The notes under the pieces are model-generated. The model made no database searches and was not told the origin of the DNA. It was given only the letters and a program-made list of their open reading frames with translations. DNA of 64,000 nucleotides from Nitrospirota bacterium (GTDB lineage Bacteria > Nitrospirota > Thermodesulfovibrionia > Thermodesulfovibrionales > Dissulfurispiraceae): assembly GCA_963790025.1 (NCBI GenBank), contig CAWBMP010000004.1, forward strand, positions 1,056,001-1,120,000. Direction: 5' to 3'. Below, piece after piece: positions 10,285 through 19,693 of the stretch. Position numbers and translations under genes: made by a program. The number at the start of each line of letters is the position of its first letter. The first letter of the stretch is position 1.

Positions 10285-11550
10285 TTAATTCGGATACACC
10301 ACTGTCCACCTGCAGAAGTCCGGATACACCGCGTTATCTAAACACAGCGGGCTCACAATAAGGCTCGCATACGGAGGGCGCGGGGTATAACTGTTGGTAA
10401 CCATCAAGGCAAGATAGTTCTGCTGCGGCAAAGGGGGGAGGTTCCCCGAGGCCGTGCACCCGGAGACGTCCCCCGTGCAATTATTTGAAATCGGCAGCAG
10501 TCTGAGCGGATTTCCAAAAGCATCTGCCGCATAAATCAGGTTTGAAGACAAAAGATTGGTTGTCACCAGGAGCCACGCCTTGGCAAAACTGGACACCTGG
10601 CCCGCTGTCGCCCATTGAGACCCTGATGCGATGGAAGTGCACGTGGTGTTATTGTTGCACAATACATTTGCGTTGGCCTGGGAAGACGCCAGCGCCTGCC
10701 ATATCCAAGGCACAAAAAAAATATCGTTGCTGGCGAGTCCGTTTGGAGGTACGTTTAGAAACTCACCTGTCATATTGCCTATGGCGTAATCCCTGAGCGC
10801 CACATCAAGGTTAATCATATTATCACGTGTTTTTTTTACCCTGTCGAAATACAGATCGGTCATGTTGAGGGTGTATGCCCCGTTGTTTATATCGCCGGCG
10901 GCATTGGTCATGTCGTTATGGGCCACAGTCTGCCCGGTGCTGCTGATAGAAGCGTTGTACTGGATATATACGGCAGACGGAAAATCGAGAAAGTTAAGAA
11001 AATCGGCGTTGGTGTTATTCATATGCGGCGTGGTAAACACATTCACGGTGTTTGCCACCGCATTGTTCAGCGGTCCGGTGGATGTCTGATACTGGATGCC
11101 GTTCACGTTCAAACTGCTGCAGTTAAACGTCACTGCCGTAGCCGTCTGCCCGGTGTATTGGCAAAACGACCCCACATTTTGAATAATTACTGTTACAGTA
11201 TTCCCGAAATTCGCAGTGTCTATATTGTATGTCAGCACCTGTGTCGTTGTGTTATACACCGGAAACGGCGACGTATTCTGGCAAATTGGGTGCCTCCACC
11301 CCCAACCGTCGTTAGCGTATGCGGCGGTTATATTGGTGCAGACAGTCGCTGCCGCATCCATTATCAATTTGGCGTTATTCTTTATCGCCACGGCAAGCAT
11401 CGAAATGTTATATGACTGCCGGCTGACCTGGGTTTGCATATTGTATGAACTTATCAGCTTCAACACGCCGCCGAGAACCATCGCCATGATGGCCAGCGAC
11501 AATGACAGCTCTATAAAACTGAACCCCTTATCGTTTGCAAAACGAGACAT
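10285..11550 (-). CDS. Large prepilin-type minor pilin / PilV-like tip adhesin
   Basis: KG/FSFIELSLSLAIMAMV class III signal; N/T-rich Cys-containing body; DAFGNPL motif. Confidence 0.78.
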   Translation of the reverse strand: MSRFANDKGFSFIELSLSLAIMAMVLGGVLKLISSYNMQTQVSRQSYNISMLAVAIKNNAKLIMDAAATVCTNITAAYANDGWGWRHPICQNTSPFPVYNTTTQVLTYNIDTANFGNTVTVIIQNVGSFCQYTGQTATAVTFNCSSLNVNGIQYQTSTGPLNNAVANTVNVFTTPHMNNTNADFLNFLDFPSAVYIQYNASISSTGQTVAHNDMTNAAGDINNGAYTLNMTDLYFDRVKKTRDNMINLDVALRDYAIGNMTGEFLNVPPNGLASNDIFFVPWIWQALASSQANANVLCNNNTTCTSIASGSQWATAGQVSSFAKAWLLVTTNLLSSNLIYAADAFGNPLRLLPISNNCTGDVSGCTASGNLPPLPQQNYLALMVTNSYTPRPPYASLIVSPLCLDNAVYPDFCRWTVVYPN

Positions 11551-12502
11551 CAATTTTCCCTTTTCCCAGGTTAATATCAAGTGTGTTCAAAGACACGTAG
11601 CAGTCTTTAATAGAATTGTACAGATCAACTGTTCTGGCAGCCTCGCCCTCGTAAGTGAGTTCAACACACCTTTCATTTCTGGTTTTAACATAAAAACCGC
11701 TGTCAAGCATCTCCAAAGAACACTTGTCAAAATTTCTGCTTTCTACAGCCTTTATGTCGCTTCTGCCCAATGCCAAAGTTTCGATTTCTGTCTTCCTCCA
11801 GACGCAAATATTCGTTGACGCAGCACCCATCTGCGGATATAGGTATTCCTTCCCGGCAGTCAGGATATATGAGACAGCCTTTGGGGTCTCGCTTTTTTGT
11901 ATTGTGAGACCGGATATCCGTGCATAGTTATCAGCCCGGACAGAAGATATAACACGGTCCAACTTTGCAACCACAAGCCTGCTGCCGATTACTTTCAACT
12001 TTTCCTTTTCTTTGTCATCGAGGTTGGCGGGAACGGAAGGTACCGCATTCATTATTCTAACAGGCTGCTTTTTAGGCCACACAAGATTGAACAGGCTATA
12101 AGAGAAGATGACAACAAACACAATTACAACAACTACAACTATCCTTTTGTCTATGCTTTTAATAGCATGCACTTTGGAGTCTTCAAATATCTCCAGGTCA
12201 TAGCCCTCAAAGAATTCCTCCAATCCGAACCGGGCCTCGCGCTCGTCTTCAAATGTCTTCCTGTTGATTACTATTTCGTCGCCATTTTTCTCAATAAAAA
12301 GATATTCCGTCACACTCATTGAATAGGATGCCTTGTCCAAATCCCTTGAAAGCAGATCTCTAACATTTTTAAGATAAACCTCTTCCTCTTTGTTGCCGAG
12401 CGCGACATACACCTTTTCATACGTCTGTTCGCCGGTCTCTTCATTGACCTTTTTTATCTTAAGGAGTATGGACTTCTTTTCTTTGTTCTCTAATATTCTC
12501 AT
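11528..12502 (-). CDS. Bitopic pilus alignment protein (PilO/PilN-like position)
   Basis: Cytoplasmic N-domain, one TM (IVVVVVIVFVVIF), periplasmic C-domain; coupled in operon. Confidence 0.5.
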   Translation of the reverse strand: MRILENKEKKSILLKIKKVNEETGEQTYEKVYVALGNKEEEVYLKNVRDLLSRDLDKASYSMSVTEYLFIEKNGDEIVINRKTFEDEREARFGLEEFFEGYDLEIFEDSKVHAIKSIDKRIVVVVVIVFVVIFSYSLFNLVWPKKQPVRIMNAVPSVPANLDDKEKEKLKVIGSRLVVAKLDRVISSVRADNYARISGLTIQKSETPKAVSYILTAGKEYLYPQMGAASTNICVWRKTEIETLALGRSDIKAVESRNFDKCSLEMLDSGFYVKTRNERCVELTYEGEAARTVDLYNSIKDCYVSLNTLDINLGKGKIDVSFCKR

Positions 12503-13279
12503 CTACCAGTTCACAAACCTTCTGTTTGTCGTGAAAAAAGTATTGCTTACATTGTTGACAATCTCGCTGCCAATCATATCGCCTTTTTTTAAAGGCCCTT
12601 CGCTTGTAATAGCAATACAGTTGCCATCCCTAATACATGTAATGCCGAATATTCTTATTTCCTTAAGCTGTTCTACTGGCGGAGGTGTCAGCGCTGATAT
12701 TTCCGCCAGCTTTCCCATGCCCGGCATATTTTTCTCCATCCTTTTCTTCATTTCTGCCAAATCGCCAGATGTTTCTATATGCTTCACATAAAACTCCTTA
12801 AACACATCCCGTTCTTCTGATCTTGTCGCTTTAGTTGTACTCCGCTCTTTTTGCGATAGGTCAGATATAGAAGTTTTATTCTCAGGCTTACGGACAGCGC
12901 CTGGAGTGTCGTCAGTTGGGTGAGTTCGCGGCACTCCCCCAGACATTGATACAGCCGCCTCTGCAGCTAATAGCGGTTGAGCGGTCACAATATTTTGCTG
13001 TCTCTGCGCAACTGTTGCACTGGCAACCTGGGTACCTGACGGCAAGGTCAAGGCATTACGGAGAGCTATCTGAATTTCTTTGCCGCCGCTATTTACCATA
13101 GAAGTTATAAAAGCGAAGCCTAAACAGGCACACAGAACGAATAACAACAGAGGCAACAACAAATTTTTCCTGTCTATTTTCTCGCTATCTTCCTGAAGTT
13201 CATCTGCAGCCTCTCCCGCACGGGTCTCACTTATATCGTTATCGGGCTTCTTATTTCTCTTTAACAGATCCCTTAACAT
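12503..13279 (-). CDS. Bitopic protein with C-terminal GspC/PilP-like domain
   Basis: One TM, flexible linker, IFGITC...AIT..G.LKKGDMIG..IV beta motif; overlaps secretin stop. Confidence 0.5.
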   Translation of the reverse strand: MLRDLLKRNKKPDNDISETRAGEAADELQEDSEKIDRKNLLLPLLLFVLCACLGFAFITSMVNSGGKEIQIALRNALTLPSGTQVASATVAQRQQNIVTAQPLLAAEAAVSMSGGVPRTHPTDDTPGAVRKPENKTSISDLSQKERSTTKATRSEERDVFKEFYVKHIETSGDLAEMKKRMEKNMPGMGKLAEISALTPPPVEQLKEIRIFGITCIRDGNCIAITSEGPLKKGDMIGSEIVNNVSNTFFTTNRRFVNW

Positions 13280-14813
13280 CCTTTTCCCCCTCCTTATCAG
13301 CCTTTGTTGCTGTTACTACAATAGCGAACTCGCTGCCTACCTTGTCTTTTTCCTGAGACCCAAACAAAGCCCCTAAAACTGGCAGCTTCGAAAGAAATGG
13401 TATCCCGCTCACGGTGATGGAGTTTTGGTTCGACTTGAATCCGGTCAGTACAAAGCTGCCCCCCCATTTTAAATCCAAAGGAAGAGCAGTATTCGTTACT
13501 GAAGTCAGCGGAGCAGTCGTAGGGTTTGTTCCACCAGAGGATTGCATGCTCACCAGCTCCGACAATTCTGCATAGACACCGCCGTTCAGCACGTCCAGTC
13601 TTATGTTAGGGAGTATCTTGATTTTAAGCCCTACACTTACATAATTGACTTGTGTGGTTGTCGAGGAAATCCCGCTTGTGATTGCCTGTGATTGAGTAAA
13701 ATACGGTATTTCCTGAACTTCATTGAAAAATATTGGGATACCATTTAGAGCATAGGCTTCCCATGTTTTTACTATTTTACTGTCACCGTAAGTGCCCAAA
13801 ACGCCCAGCAACGTTGTAACGGGATTCCCTTCTTTCGTCGTGTTATATCCGAAATTAAAGGCCCCTGCTGGAGCAAAGCTGCCTGTTATAGCAGCGTGTT
13901 TAATAACGGCGTTCCAGTTTACCCCGGCAGAGTAGTTGTCCGTCAGATCAACTCTGATTACATCAACCTTCAGTCTTACCCCTTCCATCTCCTTATCCTT
14001 TGCGACAATCTGCCGAACCTTGGATATGGCGCTTGGGACGTCATCCACAACGATGTAGCCACTTTTGGATATCTGCACTGATCCTTCCTTGGTCAGAAAC
14101 GACCTGATAAATGCCGTTGCAAAATCATCGAAATTCGCAGACATCGAGATACTGTCACTCCCTGAGGCCCCCGAAGCTCCAGCTGAAGAATTTCCAATTG
14201 GAGAACTTGTCGAGGTTGATTGTGTCCCTGATGTCCCAGGTGAGGAAGGTTGCATAGATGTTGAGGATGATGTATTACTCCCTCCGTTGCCAATAGCATA
14301 TGTGAAGAAAACATCCTTATCGATGATATATATTTCATGTTTACTTATCATCCAGATGTCATCTTTCTTTTCACAGTAAACGTCGGCACCTTTACAAAGC
14401 ACACGGACCGTATCGTCTATTGAATCCCCTGTATAGGCAAAACTTACGTTTATGTCATATAGCCCCTGTAGCTGCTGCGACGACTGCCCCCCAAAAGTGG
14501 GAGGGGGCAAAGGAGCAGGATTGCCCGGTGATGCCGGAGACAACGATGAAGACAGTGCAGACGAAGATATGGAATAACTGAAAGGCTTCATCTTGGCCAA
14601 ACACCTTAGCACTTCCCCAAACCTTGCCCCCTTGACGTTCAACCTTATCGACTCCCGAACCGGCGCCTTAACAACTTCTGCTACAGGGACCTGCTCAATA
14701 ACGTCTTTCTCTAAACTTGCTGAACTCGGCGCCTCGCCGGCCTGTATTGCGGAAACTCCGCAGCAAAAAAGCAACAACGACACCACTAAGACGCTATAAT
14801 CATTTTTATTCAT
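13251..14813 (-). CDS. Secretin 1 (PilN/MshL/GspD-family outer-membrane channel)
   Basis: Signal peptide, Ser/Gly-rich insert, GVNWN, VGLKIKILP, GIPFLSKLPVLGALFG secretin signature. Confidence 0.9.
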   Translation of the reverse strand: MNKNDYSVLVVSLLLFCCGVSAIQAGEAPSSASLEKDVIEQVPVAEVVKAPVRESIRLNVKGARFGEVLRCLAKMKPFSYSISSSALSSSLSPASPGNPAPLPPPTFGGQSSQQLQGLYDINVSFAYTGDSIDDTVRVLCKGADVYCEKKDDIWMISKHEIYIIDKDVFFTYAIGNGGSNTSSSTSMQPSSPGTSGTQSTSTSSPIGNSSAGASGASGSDSISMSANFDDFATAFIRSFLTKEGSVQISKSGYIVVDDVPSAISKVRQIVAKDKEMEGVRLKVDVIRVDLTDNYSAGVNWNAVIKHAAITGSFAPAGAFNFGYNTTKEGNPVTTLLGVLGTYGDSKIVKTWEAYALNGIPIFFNEVQEIPYFTQSQAITSGISSTTTQVNYVSVGLKIKILPNIRLDVLNGGVYAELSELVSMQSSGGTNPTTAPLTSVTNTALPLDLKWGGSFVLTGFKSNQNSITVSGIPFLSKLPVLGALFGSQEKDKVGSEFAIVVTATKADKEGEKDVKGSVKEK

Positions 14814-15073
14814 CTTCCCCTAATTCTGTATCCGAAAAAAGAAAATGGATAGATAGATATATCTCTATATTACTTTTTGAAAGTCGCAGAGGAGGTGCTC
14901 GTTCCGTTTCGGACATTACCAATGGAGGGGATGCCTTAAGTAGATAATTTGCCATCTGAAACGGAAAACTCCATGGGAAGCGGAGAAAGCCTCGGCCGGA
15001 ACAGTAAACTATTTAGTGACTACCTGCCGGAAAAAACATGGAGATTGTGGAACAGCGGTATGGCATAAGGGGG

Positions 15074-15373
15074 TTACGCAGCAGCATATGGCTTTATTCT
15101 GTTTAGTGTTTTATCCATTTTATCCCTGGCAACAGACAGGTCGTAGTCAATCTGCAAACGCTCCCAAAACCCGTCGCTGAGACCGAAAAAACGGGACAGC
15201 CGGAGACCGGTATCTGTGGTGATAGCGCGCTTGCCGGCTATGATTTCGCCAATACGCCTTTGAGGCACACCTATTTCTTTAGCCAAGCGGTACTGCGTAA
15301 GCCCCAGAGGCTTCAAAAACTCTTCAAGCAGGATTTCGCCTGGTGTAGGGTACGGCACCTGTCTTTTTCTCAT
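15074..15373 (-). CDS. higA: HigA antitoxin (XRE HTH)
   Basis: PGEILLEEFLKPLGLTQYRLAKEIGVP..RI.EII.GKRAIT..T.LRL.RFFG. Confidence 0.95.
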   Translation of the reverse strand: MRKRQVPYPTPGEILLEEFLKPLGLTQYRLAKEIGVPQRRIGEIIAGKRAITTDTGLRLSRFFGLSDGFWERLQIDYDLSVARDKMDKTLNRIKPYAAA

Positions 15374-15385
15374 ACTACAGCCTCC

Positions 15386-15664
15386 TCAGTGATAATCAAC
15401 AATCTCGACATCAAAGGCGTCGCCGGCTGCGAACCTGAAGCAGATCCGCCACTGATCGTTAATACGAACGCTCCATTGCCCCTGCCGATTGCCCTTGAGA
15501 GCCTCAAACCTGTTCCCAGGTGGCACTCTCAGATCTTCTATCCTTCCGGCAACATTTAATACCGCAAGTTTCCGCATGGCCGCGGACTGAATGCCGATAA
15601 ACCGCTCAATGCGCTTGCCGTTGAACATCGCTTCAGTATCACGGCACTTGAACGATTTAATCAT
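15386..15664 (-). CDS. higB: HigB toxin (RelE/ParE superfamily)
   Basis: MIKSFKC..T..DLRVPPGNR.E.LKG.R.GQWSVRINDQWRICF..VEIVDYH. Confidence 0.95.
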   Translation of the reverse strand: MIKSFKCRDTEAMFNGKRIERFIGIQSAAMRKLAVLNVAGRIEDLRVPPGNRFEALKGNRQGQWSVRINDQWRICFRFAAGDAFDVEIVDYH

Positions 15665-15669
15665 AATTA

Positions 15670-15698
15670 ATAGTACCCTATCACGTTACTATTGTCAA
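15670..15698 (-). promoter_or_regulatory. sigma70 promoter of higBA with overlapping inverted repeat (likely operator); likely leaderless transcript
   Basis: Minus strand TTGACA-17 nt-TACTAT, 5 nt before the ATG; ATAGTA...TACTAT inverted repeat. Confidence 0.7.
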
Positions 15699-15767
15699 TC
15701 GTTATTAAGGCCAGTTATCCTCTCAGGAATTTGACAATTGCCGTATAAGTAATTATATTTGGCCTTC

Positions 15768-17390
15768 TCAATTGGATCTCTTCACCTTCAGGGCAATCAC
15801 TATTTCCGAGTTACTGCGTGTATCGTTGTCTGATTTAAAGAGGTTGCCCAACAGCGGTATTTTCGACAGCAGCGGGACCCCGCTTGTGGAAAACTCCCTT
15901 TGTTGTCGCCTTATCCCTCCTATCACAATCGTCTCGCCGTCCTTCAGCGTCACCGACTGCAACGTCTGCTGCACCGAGGAAACCGGGTTTGTAAATGTGT
16001 TACCCCCTACATTAAATGTCACGTAACTGTCTATTGTCGCCAGTATCGGCGCTATCTGCACATCTATCCTGCCGTCATCCCTTATATGACATCGCACTGC
16101 CAGCATTATGCCGTCCTGCGCACGGGCTATGGAATAATTTGTCTGCGATGTCCCCACCGTCCCCGATACGGTCGTCTGTATGCTCCCTATATAAGGTATG
16201 CTCTTGCCCGAAAATATCGCTACCGGCTGCAGGTTCCTCGCAAATATGTAAGGCTTCGACAATACCTCCACTTTCCCCTGGTCCTGCAACGCCTTCAGCA
16301 CCCCTGATATGTCGCTGGCTGTCCTCGTTACGGTCAATGTCGGCGATATCACATTCGTCACTGCGGTCGCCACCGTCAGCTGATCGCCGCCCGGCTTCGA
16401 TATCCTTGTCCCCCCTATCTTGTTTATGAGCACGTTCCAGTCTATGCCGAACTGTAAGTCCTCATTAGTCGTCACTTCGCTTATCGTGGCCTCTACTACA
16501 AGGAGCCTGTCTGATGATTCTTTAAGTCCGTTGATGTACTGAGAAATAAGCACTATGTTCCTTGGCGAGTCCACTACCATCAGGCTCGCTGCCAGCCAGT
16601 CAACTACATAGTGGCCATCCGCGGAAAGCAGCTTCTTTATGTTTTCCTCAAACATCTTCCTGCCGTCTACCGTATCTCCCGCTTTCTTTAGTGTTACATT
16701 TGCCTTGAGGTTCTGCGAGCCTGTATCTGCACCGCTGCTGCCATACCCTGTTCCTCCTCCTGTGCTGCTGCCGCTGTTGCTGCCGCCTACCATGTCCCCG
16801 CCCATCTCTGCCGTCATGTTCGGAGACGTTATACTTACATCAGGAATCGAAAAGTTCCTCACTATGAGCTTCTGTACGGTTATCGTCTTGTCCTTTATCT
16901 CATATCCATAGTTCACATAACCCGTTATAGCATCAAGTGCCTGTGATAAAGGGATGCCTCTGACATCCACTACCACGGGCAGATTGGGGTCCACCTGTGC
17001 CCCAAAGATTACCGTATATCCTGTCCCACTTCCCATTTCCAGCAAAATGTCCCCTAACCTCCGCCCATAGGAAGTCAGCGAGACAAGTGGTGCAGAGGAT
17101 ACCACCACAGGACGGGTTAAACCATTTTTCGGCAGGGCCGTGGCTCTCGTTCCATCTTCCGGATTCACAGAATCCGGCGGTACGATTGACTGAGGCATTT
17201 CAACATCGTTTCTTGTTTCTGACTTCTGACTTCTGCCCTCTGTCTCCGGCAGGACTGGCTTTGTTTCCAGTGCATGCTTGAGCAGCAACATGTATTCCTC
17301 ATCGGCATTCCTATTGACAGGATTTTCTGCATAAAGGAGTTTTGGGACAACCAGGACGACTACCGCCAGCGCATAGAACATCATTTTCAT
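15768..17390 (-). CDS. Secretin 2 (MshL/PilN-like, with STN-like N-domain)
   Basis: Start moved to ATG 17390 (signal peptide MKMMFYALAVVVLVV); FGIDWN, ALQDQGKVEVLSKP, GVPLLSKIPLLGNLFK. Confidence 0.9.
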   Translation of the reverse strand: MKMMFYALAVVVLVVPKLLYAENPVNRNADEEYMLLLKHALETKPVLPETEGRSQKSETRNDVEMPQSIVPPDSVNPEDGTRATALPKNGLTRPVVVSSAPLVSLTSYGRRLGDILLEMGSGTGYTVIFGAQVDPNLPVVVDVRGIPLSQALDAITGYVNYGYEIKDKTITVQKLIVRNFSIPDVSITSPNMTAEMGGDMVGGSNSGSSTGGGTGYGSSGADTGSQNLKANVTLKKAGDTVDGRKMFEENIKKLLSADGHYVVDWLAASLMVVDSPRNIVLISQYINGLKESSDRLLVVEATISEVTTNEDLQFGIDWNVLINKIGGTRISKPGGDQLTVATAVTNVISPTLTVTRTASDISGVLKALQDQGKVEVLSKPYIFARNLQPVAIFSGKSIPYIGSIQTTVSGTVGTSQTNYSIARAQDGIMLAVRCHIRDDGRIDVQIAPILATIDSYVTFNVGGNTFTNPVSSVQQTLQSVTLKDGETIVIGGIRRQQREFSTSGVPLLSKIPLLGNLFKSDNDTRSNSEIVIALKVKRSN

Positions 17391-17707
17391 TACTGCCGGT
17401 CCTCTTGCTGACCTGGAGATCGCAGAAATGGTCCGGATGGTTTCACAATTACGGTCTCCTTGTGTGCCGGATAAAATACTCCTCCCCTGATTGCTCCAGG
17501 AACAATAATTTCTTGGAGTATTTGTTCCTCCCAAATATATTTATATGGTTCGGAATAGGGGGTGAGTGTTTTATTTGCCCCTTTTGCTATATCTGTAACG
17601 GCTGTCTTCTTTCCCTCCTGAAAGCCTCTCGAATAATCGTCAGTAGTTGCGCATCCATAGGCAGCAAACAAAATAATCAGGCATGAGAAAACAGTTTTTT
17701 TATTCAT
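17390..17707 (-). CDS. Lipoprotein with a TraV-like C-terminal beta motif
   Basis: Lipobox LFAAYG-C; QEIIVPGAIRGGVFYPAHKETVIVKPSG parallels the TraV motif; stop overlaps secretin 2 start. Confidence 0.5.
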   Translation of the reverse strand: MNKKTVFSCLIILFAAYGCATTDDYSRGFQEGKKTAVTDIAKGANKTLTPYSEPYKYIWEEQILQEIIVPGAIRGGVFYPAHKETVIVKPSGPFLRSPGQQEDRQ

Positions 17708-18191
17708 GCCTTTTTGATCTCCATACCTTAAGCATATAGCCGTCCTGGGTCAGAAACGCCTCATCCGGTGCAAGCATCTTTGTTGTGACCAGGCCTTTTT
17801 TAACATAATCAATTTTATACCGGGCATCATAGACGTTAAAAGAATACGCATGCATGCCTATTATTACTGGCTCTTTGTTGAAAAGCATATAGTATGCTGT
17901 CAACGCATCATCTTTAAAGAGAAAAGGCATATTCCCCGATTGAATCAAAGTTCCATCCTCTTCCTTAAGATCAGTTCTGTAGACCGTCAGGATTATGTCA
18001 TCGCCGAATGAAGGAGAAATTATTGAAAAGCGTGAAGGTATACTATATTTTTCTCTTAAAACTTCAATCTTGTCGAGACCTTTTCCCGATATGCCCGCTC
18101 GCTCATATCTGGAAGTCCTCACTATTTCCTGTCCGAGACCAAAACCCGGCACTAATGTCAAAATAAATAGAAATGTTACCAAGCTACGCAT
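17700..18191 (-). CDS. Short secreted protein, weakly TraW-like
   Basis: Signal peptide; TDLKEEDGTLIQSG and AFLTQDGYMLKV recall TraW motifs; follows traC-like gene as in F-type order. Confidence 0.4.
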   Translation of the reverse strand: MRSLVTFLFILTLVPGFGLGQEIVRTSRYERAGISGKGLDKIEVLREKYSIPSRFSIISPSFGDDIILTVYRTDLKEEDGTLIQSGNMPFLFKDDALTAYYMLFNKEPVIIGMHAYSFNVYDARYKIDYVKKGLVTTKMLAPDEAFLTQDGYMLKVWRSKRHE

Positions 18192-18825
18192 TCTCAATAT
18201 TCCCTGCAAATAGCCCCATCCTCGAAAGAAGGTGGGGATCGGCGCCAAGAGGAAAACTCAAGAAGCGGACCTGCTTCTGAAATACCTTTGTCGGCAATAC
18301 TACCGGCCAGAATCCCAGGTTATAGCAGATAGACATATCTATGACGATATTGTCTGAATTTATCAGTATCGACTCTCTGTTACCGCATTTGGCATAGGAG
18401 AAATCTATTTTCCCTATCAAGTCGTAAATACTGTTTTTTTTGACGGCTATATAGAGAAAAAATTTCTTTGTTGCCACAATATGCGAAAGCTCCCTTGCTG
18501 ATAATAGTTCAGGCGCATCAGTTATTTGATCTTTTAAATGCATCACTTTGCATAAAGCGTCGTCGTAAATTGTTTTCATTCTGTCCATAACGTAGGATGG
18601 ATATAAAAATGTTTTAATGTTGCGTCCGGCATATTCGAGAGCAATATTTGTTCTGACAGCTATAATTGTTGAATCAAAAAATTCGTTCTGGATAGCCTGG
18701 TAGCTGCTGATATTTTTATTGACGGGGTCGCTTTTGAGGTATTTGGAATCAAAAACAAATCCGAGATGCCCGTCAGCCAATATCGATATCCCTTCCTCTT
18801 CCTTCCAGTACGGGCTTATATCCAC
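18184..18825 (-). CDS. TraC/VirB4 N-terminal-domain-like protein lacking the ATPase domain
   Basis: ISPYWKEEEGISILADGHLGFVF and GF...FLSFPLGAD recall both ends of the TraC N-domain; follows traV; no Walker A; 213 aa. Confidence 0.45.
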   Translation of the reverse strand: MDISPYWKEEEGISILADGHLGFVFDSKYLKSDPVNKNISSYQAIQNEFFDSTIIAVRTNIALEYAGRNIKTFLYPSYVMDRMKTIYDDALCKVMHLKDQITDAPELLSARELSHIVATKKFFLYIAVKKNSIYDLIGKIDFSYAKCGNRESILINSDNIVIDMSICYNLGFWPVVLPTKVFQKQVRFLSFPLGADPHLLSRMGLFAGNIENA

Positions 18826-19244
18826 TAATCCTCCCTCTCACCGGCAGTATTTTTCTTATAATTGTCAGAAGGAACTATAGTATCCAAGCCTGTCTCACGC
18901 GGCGTCCACCAGCTTTCTCCTTTGACAACAGCCCATACATAATGCTCTCCTATCAGACGTCCCATTGGTGATTTCATAGGTGCTATATAGATGCGTATTA
19001 CTTTTGCTGGCAATCGCATAGGCATACCCGGCGCGGCATAGCCGGTCATTCTATCCGTCCCGTTTCCCTTCCGCTCCAAAAGTCCCACGGTGTTATTCAG
19101 GGTTTCATTCACTTTATCCCTGACTGCCGGGGCATCAGTGTCGTTTTTTCTTTCTATTGTTCCGCAGCCACTTAAAGAAACAAACATAAATATAACGGAG
19201 ACATAAAATATTAAGCCCGTTCGACTTTTCCACCGATTGTTCAT
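18825..19244 (-). CDS. traV: F-type T4SS outer-membrane lipoprotein TraV
   Basis: Lipobox LSG-C; PMRLPAKVIRIYIAPMKSPMGRLIGEHYVWAVVKGESW. Confidence 0.8.
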   Translation of the reverse strand: MNNRWKSRTGLIFYVSVIFMFVSLSGCGTIERKNDTDAPAVRDKVNETLNNTVGLLERKGNGTDRMTGYAAPGMPMRLPAKVIRIYIAPMKSPMGRLIGEHYVWAVVKGESWWTPRETGLDTIVPSDNYKKNTAGERED

Positions 19245-19456
19245 TTACCCTCCCAATAAAATATTACTTCTGTCTTTCCACTTTGTTATTCCGTGGAAGC
19301 TATACTGACGTAACAAAGCATGATAAAGAGTTTGTACAAAAGCTGGGTTGAGGTTATCCCAACCTCCCCGCTTCCACGGCACCACCTGTTACCACTGCTG
19401 CTATACGAATAGCAATCACAGCGATAAACACAAACAACCCCGTCCACCTTGACTGC
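19245..19456 (-). pseudogene. Possible 3' part of a small secreted-protein gene split by the cargo insertion and frameshifted
   Basis: Start-less QSRWTGLFVFIAVIAIRIAAVVTGGAVEA, then after a 1-nt shift in a G run GWDNLNPAF...LLGG* ending TAAATG at the traV start. Confidence 0.3.
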
Positions 19457-19693
19457 GTTTGGGATCACTTGCAACCCAATGTCACTTACGGTTCGGGAAT
19501 TTGCCATAATTAAAATAATTTTCCAGCATTGTAGATGGTCTTACGGGACAAATTGTGTTTATTAGGGAGTTGATTACAAGTAGTGGGAATGCGCCGCCCC
19601 AAATTATCGATGATTACATGCACAGAGACATGAAACATTAATTAATCCCAAGGAAACGGCACTGAAAAACTTTAAATATCGAAGATCATATCG

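Noticed and set aside
10285..11550. Shufflon or DGR acting on the PilV-like adhesin
   Set aside because: No recombinase, reverse transcriptase, alternative C-terminal cassettes or template repeat seen in the window.
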